NCBI RefSeq assembly: GCF_009914755.1 | Contig: NC_060934.1 | DNA from: the human T2T-CHM13v2.0 reference genome, Homo sapiens | Reading direction: 5' to 3' (one strand) | Length of the DNA: 64,000 nt | Shown here: positions 13,463 through 26,762 of the stretch, in pieces | How positions within the stretch are numbered: position 1 is the stretch's first letter | How the letters are laid out: each line of letters opens with the position of its first letter | Notes under the pieces: generated by a model | Told to the model about the DNA's origin: nothing | The model's input: only the letters and a program-made list of their open reading frames with translations | The model's database searches: none | Made by a program: the position numbers and the translations under genes

Positions 13463-14006
13463 CGTGACGTTTAAAAAAACAAGGACCCCCAAATTCTCAG
13501 ACACTACCTCCATGGAGAGGTGGGGTTCAGTTCCCCTTCCCCTTGTATCTGGGCAGGCTTGTATTGACTTCAACCAATAGAAGAAAACAATGCTTTGTAA
13601 TTTCTGAGGCTAGGTCAGAAAAGGCTGTGCAGCTTCCCCCTTGGTTCTCTTGAAATATTCTCTCTCTGGATGCTTCTTCGCAGACCCAGCTCCATGCTGC
13701 GGGAAGCCTGAACTCCATGGAGATGCCACGTGTCAGGGCTCAGGTTGACAGGCCCAGCTGAGCCCAGCCTTTGAGTGATCCAGCCCAGGCGCCAGACATG
13801 CGAGTGAGGAAGCCTCCAGATGATTTCAGCCCCCAGCTTTTTGAGTCACCCTTGGCCATTCACGTCTTCCCAGCTGAGACCCCAGACACTGTGGAGCAGA
13901 CGCCAGCCACCCTGCTGTGCCCTGTCCAAATTCCTGGCTCATTATCAGTGAGCATAAATAAAATGGTTGTTGTTTTCGGTCACTGCATTTACAGATAACG
14001 AGAATA
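13463..14006 (+). mobile_element. MLT1H-like MaLR solo LTR
   Basis: GGCCCAGCTGAGCCCAGCC, CCAGACATGCGAGTGAGGAAGCC, TCCCAGCTGAGACCCCAGACA, AATAAAATGGTTGTTGTTTT, ends ..AGATAACGAGAATA. Confidence 0.8.
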
Positions 14007-14049
14007 TAAGAAATAATGGAGAGGAGGCAGGTGAGTTCCTAATGAAAAT

Positions 14050-15273
<1,224 letters not shown>

Positions 15274-15469
15274 TTTGGAGATCATTTACAGTTCAATTGC
15301 TTGGCTAGCATTTCATATATTTCCTTATTTGTCTATTTGTCTGCCAAATAATTATTGAGTGCCTATGCCTATATAGGGGATTGGATGACTAAAACCTCAA
15401 CCCTATCCTCCAGAACCTTGTAGCATAGTAAATGACTTGCAGCCAAATATTGAAGTTAAAAGTAGAAAA

Positions 15470-16640
15470 GAAAAACCTGCAAAGGAAGGAGAGCCGAATT
15501 GCTCTGAGTCACATGTAGAGTGCAGCGCAATGTTACTGAAATTTTTCACTGCTGCATTTTAATGGTTTGCTGAGATCGACACTGAGACCCCCAGTCTAAA
15601 TGTGAATTTCACAACACTATCTCATTTGCATCAGCTTCAAGCTCAATATTTGGATTCTGTTTGAGAAATATATAAAACCTATATTGACATTTTGTTTTAG
15701 AAGCATTCATTCAGAGCTCTCCCATTCCCATATTTTCTGATTTTGATTCTCAGAATAAAAAAAAAAAACCTTTAGCAATAGGAGGTAGTAATGAATTGGG
15801 AAGGTTATTTACTGCGATTAAGGAGAAATGAATAGAAAAGTAGGACAGCCCCCAGGGTGTTCCAACTAAACACAACGATTACAATATTTACCAGTAAACT
15901 AAAAATATGCCATTAATTGTAACTATCATCTTAATGATCATTATATTGGCTTGCTCAGAAGAACTCTCAATCTCATATAAATTTAAGGGACTTACTTAAG
16001 GTTAGTTTAGTTTCGAGCATATTGTCTGCCGTCTTATTGCAGCAGTGAAATTTTATCTCTCCTGCTCGAAAGTGCAGGCTATGGGGTGTTCTGACAGTTG
16101 ACATCAGGGCTGTTCCCTGGCCAGCTGTCAGAGGTGTCTCTCCCCTGGAGGCGGCACGCGTCAAGAAGTGACACGATGTGCTGCTTCTGGCAGTGCAGCC
16201 ACCAGGGTGGGCAGAGTGGCGAGGCGGCAGCCCTGGCATCCCAGGCAACCAGCTTCAGACAGCACCTCAGCTCCACCTGGGAAAGTAGAACAAGGACAGA
16301 GAGGAACCGAGGCCCATCTTGGCTTCTGGTTTGAGAGAGTTTAGTGGTTGTCTAGTTCCTTTTCTCATCCACAGCTGCAACCACACACTGCTGTCAGGTG
16401 GCCATTCCGACCAAAGGGAGGTCACTACTTTTCGAAGACTCCTCATTCTTTTTCTGAACATGCTCTCTGGATATCAAAATGAGACCGGACCCTGTAATGA
16501 CCCTGTAATAGCTCATCCCTGATGATGTCACAGCCCTGCCCTCTGCAGTTTGTCCCCCCGGCAGTCTTTAAACCATGTGGAAAGTAGCTAGCATGCCTAC
16601 TTCTCTGCATCCAGTCCTCTCTATCCAGGCTAAACAACCC
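15470..16640. promoter_or_regulatory. Candidate enhancer block
   Basis: No recognisable repeat; AP-1 TGAGTCA 15505, octamer ATTTGCAT 15624, TGACAG/CTGTCA 16092, 16125, 16391, several E-boxes, local CpG retention. Confidence 0.4.
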
Positions 16641-17119
16641 TAGTTCCTTTGTTGTTCATTCCTTTTTTTTTTTTTTTTGAGATGCCGTCTAAGCGGAAAG
16701 GAAATTCGAACACCACAGTCGCACATAATTTCACCAAGGAAGAAAAAGGGGGAGGCAGTGTACAGAGAAATCTTTGCTGCTGTTTACATATTCTGTGATA
16801 AAATGAGATGTACAAACCATTCCCTCCATAATAAGCCATATTCACATTCATAGTCTGTTAGTTGAAGGAGATAACTATCTATGTTTTGAAGTCTTTGAAA
16901 TCCACTTTTCTAAAATCCCATGTCTATGCCTAACTGTGCTAAATATTAGCACAGTTTTAATGATACTTTTGTTTAATTCCAATGTCTCAGTCATATCCTG
17001 ATCCTCAGTACAATCAGAATGTCTTGAATAGATTATTTTCTAAGCCAGGAAATTGTCAGGAAGGAAAATCAGGAATTTATCAGGCCACATCATAGTAATG
17101 ACAGTGGTGAGGTAATTTA

Positions 17120-17225
17120 AATCTAATCACCTCCTGATGATGTAGGTATAATTATTCCCATTTAACAGATGAGTAAACTGAAGTCAGGAGGATAAATAGA
17201 AGTATAAGTTACTTGCATGAAGTCA
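17120..17225 (-). mobile_element. MIR fragment
   Basis: ATTATTCCCATTTAACAGATGAGTAAACTGAAGTCAG core. Confidence 0.7.
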
Positions 17226-17237
17226 GGGAGTTAGTCT

Positions 17238-17638
17238 GATGGAAATGTGTTCACCAAACCCATTTCCTCTTCTTTCTGGGATCAACCACATTTTCCAGGC
17301 TTCCTTGAAGTTCAAGCCAATGGAATATGAATGGAAGCAATGCATGCCATTTTTAGGTCTGACCCATGTTTTAGAATGCCTCTCACCCAAACCCCTTCCT
17401 CTTTCTTCTTCCCCTTGTGCAATACAGATGAGCACCTGGCCCCGCAAGACAACTGTGGAATATGGCAGAGTTACAAGAATAAAAGAAGTTGGCTTACTAA
17501 GCTGGAAGAAGGGCCTCCCATTAATCAGAAACATACTTTCTGAACTTAACATGTGTCAGAATGAACTTCTTTTTCTTAAACCATTGAAACTGAGATTTTT
17601 GCCTGTTATGGCCACCAATGTTACTCTGATTAAGACAC
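17238..17638 (+). mobile_element. MLT1J/I-like MaLR solo LTR
   Basis: GCCAATGGAATATGAATGGAAG..TGCCATTTTTAGGTCTGACCC, ATGGCAGAGTTACAAGA, TTAAACCATTGAAA, ends CTGATTAAGACA. Confidence 0.7.
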
Positions 17639-17699
17639 ATAGTAATAGCAAACCCAGGTCTCTCTGAAATGAAAGTGCATGTTGAGTAACTAAACCATC

Positions 17700-17840
17700 C
17701 AATTCTCAGGCTCCTCCTCTACAAAGTAGGAATAATGGTAATATCTGTTAATACCTCATAGGGTTGCCTTGGCTGTTATATGAGGAAATGCTGGTAAAGT
17801 GCATAGCAGGGTGCCCAACAGTTATCGACTGAATAAACAC
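17700..17840 (+). mobile_element. MIR fragment
   Basis: CTCAGGCTCCTCCTCTACAAAGTAGGAATAAT...ATACCTCATAGGGTTG...GTAAAGTGCATAGCA. Confidence 0.65.
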
Positions 17841-18280
17841 ACTGCAATGACCAACATTATCACTACACTGTGTTTCTAGAAAACCATATCTGCCTCCAGA
17901 ACTGCTTTGTAAACCTTTTATACAATGGTGGCATTATCTGTGCTGGTTCCTTGGCTGAGCAGTCTATATTATAACTGGCAAATTCTTTCTCATAATCTTT
18001 CCTTTACCTAGGTGTTCTTCTCCATAATTCTATCCTTAGGTTAATACAATGTTATGTAAAAGAATGAATACTTTAAAAATCGATTACTAGAACATAATCC
18101 ACTTTTTTCAGATAAAAAATACTCTTCCTTCTTTGTCATGATCATGAAGCTCATATTATCAAATATAATGATATATTACCTTGGAGATAAAATTTGACTG
18201 ATTGGCTGAAATTTTCGAGTAAATTTATTTCAACTTCTGAAACAATCATTCCATTTAAGGTCTGAAATATTCTTCTAGAG

Positions 18281-18750
18281 CAGTGCATCTCAAACTTTAA
18301 TCTGCAGATTAATCACCTGGAGATCTTGTTAAAGTGCAGATTCAGGATGAGAGCTGTGGCTCACGCCTGTAATCCCAGCACTTTGGGAAGCTGAGGCAGG
18401 TGGATCACTTGAGGTCAGGAGTCTGAGACCGGCCTGGCCAACGTGGTAAAACCCCATCTCTACTAAAAATACAAAAATTTATCTGGGTGTGGTGGTGCAT
18501 GCCTGTAATCTCAGCTGCTCAGAAGGCTAAGGCAGGAGAATCTTTTGAACTCGGGAGGCAGAAGTTGCAGTGAGCAGAGATTGCACCACTGCACTCCAAC
18601 CTGGGTGACAAAGCAAGACTCTGTCTCAAAAAAAAAAAAAAAAAATTGCAGATTCAGTGGAACCGGGGTGCAGATGGAGGTTTTGCAGTCCCAGCCAGCT
18701 CCAAGTGATGCTGGTGCTGCTGGCCTAGGACCACATTTGGAGCAGGAAGA
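18281..18750. mobile_element. MER5A-type hAT MITE split by an Alu
   Basis: CAGTGCATCTCAAACTT..AATCACCTGGAGATCTTGTTAAA..[Alu]..GGACCACATTTGGAG; 8-bp TSD TTCTAGAG/CTCTAGAG. Confidence 0.8.
18345..18645 (+). mobile_element. AluS (Sx/Sz-like)
   Basis: Full Alu; TSD AAAGTGCAGATTCA/AAATTGCAGATTCA. Confidence 0.93.
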
Positions 18751-19058
18751 CTCTAGAGTTGTAGAAAAAGTATTCATAGGCCACCTATGTGATTGCATTT
18801 CATTTAATTCATGCCAAGTAATAAACTCATTCTATGCGAAAGCCAGCAAAAGAGAAAACTAAGCCATTCAACAAATAAGAAGAGAAATTAATAGGTCTTT
18901 TAGAGTCCGAATAAGAAAAGTCAATGGAGAAAATAGAACTTCATTTTCAAAAGATTTAAAAAGAAATAATCTCATAGTCTGTTAACATATTATATAAGGA
19001 AATAAAGAAATACATTAGGAATGAGAAGGGTAAGAAGAAATGTTACCTTTTATTAGAG

Positions 19059-19535
19059 CAGTAGTTCTTAAATTCTCAAATTTAGCATGCATCAGAATCA
19101 TCTTAAAACACAGACAACCGGCCAGGCGCAGTGAATCACGCCTGTAATCCCAGCGCTTTGGGAGGCTGAGGCAGGCAGATCACCTGAGGTCAGGAGTTCG
19201 ACATCACCCTGACCAACATGGAGAAACCCCATCTCTACTAAAAATACAAAATTAGCTGGGTGTGGTGGCACATGTCTATAATCCCAGCTACTCGGGAGGT
19301 TGAGGCAGAAGAATGGCTTGAACCCAGGATGTGGAGATTGCGGTGAGCCAAGATCATGCCATTGCACTCCAGCCTGGTCAACAAGAGCGAAACTCCAGCT
19401 CCAAACAAACAAACAAACAAACAAAAAACACTGACAATGATTCTGTGGTCTGGGACAGCCTGATGATTTGCATTTCTTACAAGTTCCCAGGTAATGCTGT
19501 TGCCCCTGGGCAGGGAACAGAGCTTGGAGAAACTG
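19059..19535. mobile_element. MER5A-type hAT MITE split by an Alu
   Basis: CAGTAGTTCTTAAA..GCATCAGAATCA..[Alu]..ATTTGCATTTCTTACAAGTTCCCAGGTAATGCTG..GAGAAACTG. Confidence 0.8.
19120..19428 (+). mobile_element. AluSp-like with (CAAA)n tail
   Basis: CCTGACCAACATGGAGAAACCCC, TTGCGGTGAGCC, CAACAAGAGCGAAACTCC; TSD AAAACACAGACAA/AAAACACTGACAA. Confidence 0.93.
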
Positions 19536-20639
19536 CATTAAGAGACTGGGGAAACTGCATTCAGAGACTGACAGATGACACGAAAAAATCACTATATTCT
19601 ACCTCAGTCTCTATAAGACTGTGGGGCAGCCCTATAATAGAAGAAAGAGAAATGAACCAAAATAAGAGAAACAGTTAAAATCCATTCGAGGTCCCAACAA
19701 CTTGAACTATATACACTTAAGAACATGTTCAGAGTAATTTCAGGATCATCAGCTATCATTTTCAAGATTTTTTGAAGGGTAAATGATTTGACCGAAGCAG
19801 GAATGGAACAACTTGGTTTCTTTTTCTAAATGGAAAAAGGAGTGACCCTGAAAAACCCTGGGCTTCTAAGTTTAACTTCGCTACATAGGAAGTTAGGGGG
19901 AAAAGACTGAGGAAATAATCACAAAATCTATTGTCAAGGCCTTGAAAAGAACAGGGCATTGAGTAATAACGAGGATGGCTTTCCAAAGAAAACGTGCTTT
20001 CCTACTGTTTTAGATTTGAAAAGGATCTTAGAATCACATGAGCCAGGCAGCTTATTTTAAAGATAAGAAAACTAATGTACAAAGAGATTTTTGTCCTCAA
20101 GGTCATACAGCTCGTTGGCAGCAAATATAGGCGAGGATCCAGTCTCCTGGGCCATTCACTGCCCTCACCATCCTGAAGCAGCTGTGGGTTCTGACGATTT
20201 CCACTGGTAGCCTCAGCTGCACCTAGGTCTTGAGCTAGTCTGATGAGGACAGGCTGCATATTGGGAGTCCCTGTGTGCATCATGGTGAGGTCAGCTGAGG
20301 CCCGGCATCCAAAGACCTCATCACCAGCCTTATGCCATATGCCACAACAGCCATCCAGACTCTTCTGGTTATCTGGGACAGAGGTGGCAGAGAGGCAGCT
20401 GGCTGTCCTGGGAAAGGCCTGCATCTAACTGTGCTGACTTTAACCAGACTGTTCACTCTGTTTGTGTAATTGGCTCATCAGTACCCCAGGGAAAAATCAT
20501 CTAAAGTGTACGTTCATTCAGCCCAAAAAAGTAAGTGCCTACTATGCCTAAGGAGGCTCTGCAGTGAACAATGTGGAGCTTCAATCGGAAATAGATCTCT
20601 TTATCCCCACATGCTGAGTGGGTACATGGCTCATCAGAC

Positions 20640-21256
20640 TGAGGCAGGGGAATAAGGGTCTGGAGCCAGGGAACCTAAGGCCCTTTCACACTGACTTCCT
20701 GGAACTAAATTGAAAGGAAAACCCTAACTTTCCATGCCTAAGTAACATAAGGACCAGAGGCTACTTCCCTTGCAAACCCTCACCTTTTCTGTGTGGCAGA
20801 TGGGAAATTGAAAGTACTTCTGATTGGTTGCTTTTTGCAAGCAATCAGATGTTTGCATAGGAGTGTAACTTTGTAACTTTACTTCTGCCTCTGATTGGTT
20901 GGGGAAAGCAACCAATTGTGAGCCAAGTCTTCCTTTGCATAGAAGTGCAACTTTGTAACTTCACTTTAGCCTCTGATTGTTTGCTTTCCACAACCAATCA
21001 GACCGATTGGCACACTTCATTTACATGGGGTGAACACCAAGTGGCCAATGGAAGACCTCTAAGGGGGTATTTGGACCTGAGAAGATTCTGTATCCTGGGC
21101 CCTTGAATGGCTGCTCAGCCTGCTCCCACCCTGTGGAGTGTACTTTTGTTTTCAATCTCTGCTTTTGTTGCTTCATTCTTTCCTTGCTTTGTTTATGCAT
21201 TTTGCCTAATTCATTGTTCAAAACACCAAGAACCTGGACACCCTCTATGGGTAACA
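20640..21256 (+). mobile_element. MER51A (ERV1) solo LTR
   Basis: Starts TGAGGCAGGGGAATAAGGGTCTGGAGCCAGGGAACCTAAGGCC, ends GGTAACA; TSD AGAC/AGAT; repeated CTGATTGGTT/CCAATCAG. Confidence 0.88.
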
Positions 21257-21665
21257 AGATGATTGTACATTGCTGTGTCATCAAATGGGCACTCCAGACT
21301 CGTGGAACAGCATGAGTCTGTTCCATGCTTAGCATAGCACTTAGCATAGCCTTGGCAAACAGTGTACAACACAAAGAATGTTAGAGCCCTTCAAGGCTCT
21401 TACCTTCAGTTTTCAGGTGTGGAAATTATAGTGCAGAGAGGTGAAACAGCATAAAAGTAACAGCTTTTTGGTGAAGAGCTTGGACTGCACTCTGATGTTC
21501 TGGCTCATAACTCAGATTTTTCTACTTGACTGCATACTATGAAGACAGATCATATTAATATAAATTAAAGGCCTTCATATTACTGTCAAAGGGAAGGGAG
21601 AAAAGGTTTGGAATATGCGTGTTGGTCTCTCTGTTCTGTGAATAACAGGGGTTCTTCATAGCAAG

Positions 21666-21836
21666 CACAATTTCTCAACCAGCACATCGGAATCACCTGG
21701 AACCCTAAGATAACACCGATGCAAGGAATCCACCCAAGAGATTTGAATTCAATTATTTTGGGGTACAGCCTGAGCACCAGGGGCTTTAAAAGATTCCAGA
21801 TGATTCTCATGTACAGTCAAAGTCGAGAGGCACTAC
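21666..21836. mobile_element. MER5-family MITE
   Basis: TTTCTCAACC..CATCGGAATCACCTGG..CCAGATGATTCTCATGTACAGTCAAAGTCGAGAGGCACT. Confidence 0.7.
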
Positions 21837-22409
21837 TCTGCAGGAATTACCTTGAGTGCCTTTTGGCTTAATAGAGCCAGAGAGCTTCAGAGATTCTGGC
21901 AGTGAGGCATCTTGCAAAGACAGCATAGATTTCGATAACGAAATAAAATCCAAAATCCTCTGGTTTCTCTCTCTTGAAGAATTTCCGGGCAAGGGGAAGG
22001 GCAGGCCGACCAAGGGGCCTCTATTTCCTTCCCTGCTGCTGTGTAGCTGCTTCCTTAAGGGTTGTTTTTTTTGTTTGTTTGTTTTTTTCTCAAGGCTCAG
22101 ATCAAATTGTAGCCCTAAACCCCATTCCTTGGTTCCTGTTTGTGAGGCTGATAAAAGCTCTAACTTCCCCACATGCATTGTAAATATTACTGAAAATAAG
22201 AGGCTAGAAGCACAGAGAGTATCTGGTATATGAATATCCTGGCTTACAAAGTATAATATTCAGAGTCTACCATAGCTAGCTTGCTCTCTGAGATGTACAG
22301 ACTCGATTCCAGCTGTGAGTCTAGGAAAGAGGCCTCTTCCAAGGAAGCCTCCTTTCCACTCCCTTTTAATGTTTTGTCACTTCTTCCCAATTGAGGTCGA
22401 GCTCTATGT

Positions 22410-22617
22410 GTGGCTCTCCAGTAGAGCTTTCTGTGATGACAGAAATGTGCTATATCTGCTCTGTCCAATGCGGTAGTCGCCAGTCAATGCCAGCTGCATG
22501 TGGTGACTGAGCACTTGAAATGTGACTGGTGCAACTGATGAACTCGATTCTTGTTTTATTTCATTTAAATTTAAATAGCCGCATGTGGCTAGTGGTCAAC
22601 ATGTTGGATAGCACAAC
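22410..22617. mobile_element. MER3 (hAT-Charlie MITE)
   Basis: TTTCTGTGATGACAGAAATGTGCTATATCTGC..TGAGCACTTGAAATGTG..AAATAGCCGCATGTGGCTAGTGG. Confidence 0.85.
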
Positions 22618-23369
22618 ACGACCATGCTGTCTAAAACATGCTATTATCTACTAGGTTACAAGAGCATTCATGTAGAAATAAATGTCGCAGTACAGAAATG
22701 AGAAAAAAGATAGGGCTCTTTAGTGGAGTTGTATCAGAAAGAAGGGCAGGGAAATATAGTTGTGACCTCAGTATAAGCTAGATAAAGGCCAGGTGAAAGT
22801 TAAAATGCAATGCTAGTTTCATCATTGACAAAAACCTCTCACAAACCAACAATTTAATTGACCCTACGGAGCAAATTCAAGGAGAAATGCTTCAACAACC
22901 ATCTTTTTCAAAGGTTCCCAGGACTTCCTGATTTCTTTTGTATCAAATTACTCTGACCATCACATTCCTCTTATATTAGCACTTCCTGGTTCCGTAAGGA
23001 CTGGAAATAGACATTCGGGATCCCCAAAAACAAACAAAGCAAAACACCAAGGTTTTGTTTTTAGTAACTTAACCTTCTGAACCTCCTGTAGTGTTCATTC
23101 AAATGTGTAACAAGGGATGGAGTTAAATTCTCTGATAATCTGAAAGACAAGGGAAGCAGTATTTAATTCAGAGAGTTACAAAGAAAAAGATCAGTTTAGA
23201 TCTGCAATTAGCGTCTGAACCCATTTAAGCCTCTAACAGTTGCCTTGGCCTGAATTGACTTGTTCCCAGTATTCCATTGCCTTCCCTATGTTTCCCTGCT
23301 AGTAATCCTCAGGGAGTTTTGCTTGCCTTCTTCTCAGTCTGGACCCTAGGCAGTGCGCAAAGTTCACAG

Positions 23370-23745
23370 CCTCTGGAATCAGATTGCCTGAAGATGAAAA
23401 CTCACTTCACCAATAACTGTGCCATCTTGGGCAAAGTACTTAACTTCTCTGGTTGCATTTGCCTCACTTACTAGTAGGGATGTTAATAATTTCACTCATA
23501 AAGTTGTTTGGGAAATAAATGAATTAGCCATGCGCAGTGGCACGTGCCTGTAGTCCTAGCTACTGCGAAGGCTGAGGTGAGAGGATTGCTTGAATCCATG
23601 AGTTCAAGGCTGTAGTGAGCCATGATCGGCCACTGCACTCCAGCCTGGGTGACAGAGCAAGACCTTGTCTCTAAAAAAATAAATAAATAAGAAAGAAATG
23701 AATTAATGTTTGTTAAAAGTCTAGTACATACTCGTTTTTTAATAC
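23370..23745 (+). mobile_element. MIR split by a FRAM
   Basis: CTTGGGCAAAGTACTTAACTTCTCTG..., resumes TGTTAAAAGTCTAGTACA. Confidence 0.6.
23526..23697 (+). mobile_element. FRAM / free right Alu monomer
   Basis: Single right monomer with A tail, bracketed by GAAATAAATGAATTA / GAAAGAAATGAATTA. Confidence 0.85.
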
Positions 23746-23779
23746 ATATGTACGCTATTGCTATTAGTGAAATTAAATT

Positions 23780-23950
23780 TTCAGTCAGAGGGACTGAATT
23801 CCTGTTCTGCAACCTACTAGTTGTATGCTGTTGGTCTAGTTACTTCTCTACCCTGACTTGCAGTTTATACTCATTGAAAAATAAGACTATCATAATCATT
23901 CTCAAAGAGTTGTTGTGGAGATTGAATGAGAGTATTTGCAAAAGTGGCAT
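23780..23950 (+). mobile_element. MIR fragment
   Basis: TGAATTCCTGTTCTGCAACCTACTAGTTGTATG...CTCAAAGAGTTGTTGTGGAGATTGAATGAG. Confidence 0.65.
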
Positions 23951-24016
23951 TAGATGGAATTCTAACTGCAGAACCAGCCCAATCTGGTTCAACTTTGTGT
24001 AATACAAGTGGTGAGT

Positions 24017-24423
24017 TGTATTTCAGTTGCCATGAACCCCACGTTGCAAGTTACATGACAGGAGCATGCCCAGACGAACCAAGTATGCAACCACAGGCAG
24101 AATCTAAGTGCTTGGATTAAGGAACAGGGACAGAATTAAGAAGGATCCAATCAGATCAAGCCCTGGAGTCACCCCATAGCAGGATCCAGTCAGACTGTGA
24201 CTCCCAGCATCACCTCATTGCAAGATCCAGTCAGATCATGCCTCATTACTCCCTGACTATAAACTGCCCCCAAACCCCAGCTTGGGGAGACAGATTTGAT
24301 CCTGATTCCTGTCTCTTTGCCTGGCTGCCTAGTGATAAACCTTTCTTGTTGCAAAAATCTGGAGCTTTGGTGTTTGGCTTTCTGCTGCATGAGGGTAAAT
24401 GGACCCAGTTTGGTTTGGAAACA
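24017..24423 (+). mobile_element. Solo LTR, LTR47/MER21-group-like (family uncertain)
   Basis: TG...CA termini, internal GATCCARTCAGA repeats, TATAAA at ~24258, GGGGAGACAGATTTGA, ends GGACCCAGTTTGGTTTGGAAACA. Confidence 0.65.
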
Positions 24424-24558
24424 AAAGTTCCTATGGTAAAAAGGTTATACTCCTGTATCCCCAGGGAAATGTCTACTGGCTCTCAAGTAGCTTCAGGAGT
24501 ATCAAGGCCTATGGTCTAACCCTCAGCTTTGCAGACTCAAATCTGAGTGGTCAGCATC

Positions 24559-24936
24559 TGTATTAGTTTGTTCTCGTGCTGCTAATAAAGACATACCCGA
24601 CACTGGGTAATTTACAAAAGAAAGAGGCTTCACTGACTCAAAGTTCAGCATGGCTGGGGAGGCCTCAAGAAACTTACAATCATGGCAGAAAGGGCAGCAA
24701 ACACATCCTTCTTCACATGGCAACAGCAAGGAGAAGTGCAGAGCAAAGGACGGGAAGCCCCTTATAAAACCATCAGATCTCTCGAGAACTCACTCACTAT
24801 CATGAGAACAGCAGCATGGGGGTAACCACTTGCATGATTCAATTACCTCCCACTGGGTCCCTCCCATGACACGTAGGCATTATGGGAACTACAATTCAAG
24901 ATGAGATTTGGGTGGGGACACAGCCAAACCATATCA
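24559..24936 (-). mobile_element. THE1C-like MaLR solo LTR
   Basis: TGTATTAGT..GCTGCTAATAAAGACATACCCGA...GATTTGGGTGGGGACACAGCCAAACCATATCA; TSD GCATC/GCATG. Confidence 0.92.
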
Positions 24937-25651
24937 GCATGTGAGAACACACCCATCATGCAGGAGTGGACAGGCTTCAACCAAGCTATGAGACTGAACA
25001 ATGCAAACTGAATGCCCATTTGCTCATTTCTCATGAGAAATATGGCACTATCTCAGGCAAAGGAGGTCAACCAGCAGAGTCTCGGTTTGTAGCCATTACA
25101 AATCATGTCAGATCAGAATCAGAGGCTTCTCTAAGAATAAGTACAAAGACAAAGGGGTTGGTTATGTAGTCCTGACATTTCATGGAACTGGGAGATAATC
25201 CCTGATGTGTCCCTCTCTGCAAAGGATGCCAAGCAGGGGGACGGAATTGGTTCCATTCTCAGGCCTGAGCACTCTCTCTCTTGTTCAGTGTATAAATAAG
25301 CACTATCAAAAATCTTGCACCATCCCTTTTCTGTTTCTGGAGTCCTGCACCAATCGCTGACCTGGATATTCCTTCCATAGATACACAAATGCCCTTTTGG
25401 TATTTTTCTGGTCCTGCTGACCAGGAAGTCTTTTAGTCCCTTTTCACTTACCTCCATGAGCATCCATTAGATGTTGAAGTCACCATTGAAGCTCAAAGAG
25501 TAATCTTTTGTTCTGGTTCCTAAGTCCACATAACAAAAGGCAAAACAAATATGCTATTGCTTTTATGTAACTAGTGATTTAAAGTTATAATTACCTAATA
25601 AAAGAGTTTAAAATCATTTCTCCCCCAGGTTGCATTTGTTTATTCGCTTTA

Positions 25652-26140
25652 TGTGCTGGATGTCTTCTCTTTGACCCTCTGAATCCACCCTCACCCCTCT
25701 CCCTCCTCCCTCCTGCCTCAGAAGGTGGATGTCTATGGACTCCATCAATAGACTCCCCTACCCTTGGCTTCCAGTTGGGTTTATCCAGGGAATAGACTTG
25801 GCAGCAGATAAGAGGGAGAGAAGACAGTATCTTCAGGTTATTTATTCTCTTTGGATCCCTTTCTGAGAGATTGCCTTGGGCTGTTTGTGCTGCTCAACCA
25901 AATGTCACTGCTCCTCTTCAGAGGGTCCCCTTTTTGAGATTCTTAAGAATTCCAGACACCACTCCCTTGTCCCTTCAGTCTTAGTCATGGTGGCTACTCC
26001 ACTGCTATTAACCTCAGGTCACTGTAGCATCCTTTGTGCTTCCCACATTTTCATAAAGAGTCTCTTTGTAAATAACCCTTCTTTGATACCTCCTAATTTG
26101 TGTGAGCCATCTGCTCCTTGTTGGTATCCTTAGTGATACA
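25652..26140 (+). mobile_element. LTR33-like (ERVL) solo LTR
   Basis: TGTGCTGGAT..CTATGGACTCCATCAA..GGCTTCCAGTTGGGTTT..TAATTTGTGTGAGCCATCTG..GATACA. Confidence 0.75.
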
Positions 26141-26762
26141 TTTTGTTTTGGATTTTAATGTTTGTGATCGTCTCTGTACATATATATACTGCTAACATTT
26201 TGAGTGAATGAATGCTGTGTGAATGAGCTCATGGCAGAAATACTGATGGCACGGGAGGCATGAACTCTGGGCGCCCTGGATCAACTCAGATGACACCATC
26301 CACTACCCAGAATCTCCACCCACGGCCTAGTGCCCCTGTTTTCTGCGTGACCCAGCAGTGGCAGCATGGTGAGAAAGTAGCAGGGATATGGGGGGAAAGG
26401 TTCATCAATGTGTGAGGCCCTTTTACTGTCCAGAAAAAACCAGTCAGGTCCATGAACAACAGCAGCAGTAGGAGAAATCACATCCAGTGCATTTCCATAA
26501 ATTATTCACTGACTGTTTTTAGACCTAGAAAGTTCTTTAAAGACCTGAACCCTTCATTTTCTATGTGAGGAAACAAGCGCAATGCTGTGAAGTCATGGAG
26601 CTAAAATGTTTCAGAGAGTCTGGTCAGGAATTTTCAGCATCTTCATTTCCAGTCCAGTGACTTCCTGAAGGCAGCTGCTGCACCTGAAGATTTAAGCAGC
26701 AAGAATTCCATCAGAGGTTTTTAAACATTTAAGACATTTTATTTGTTTAATGTAGAGAACAA

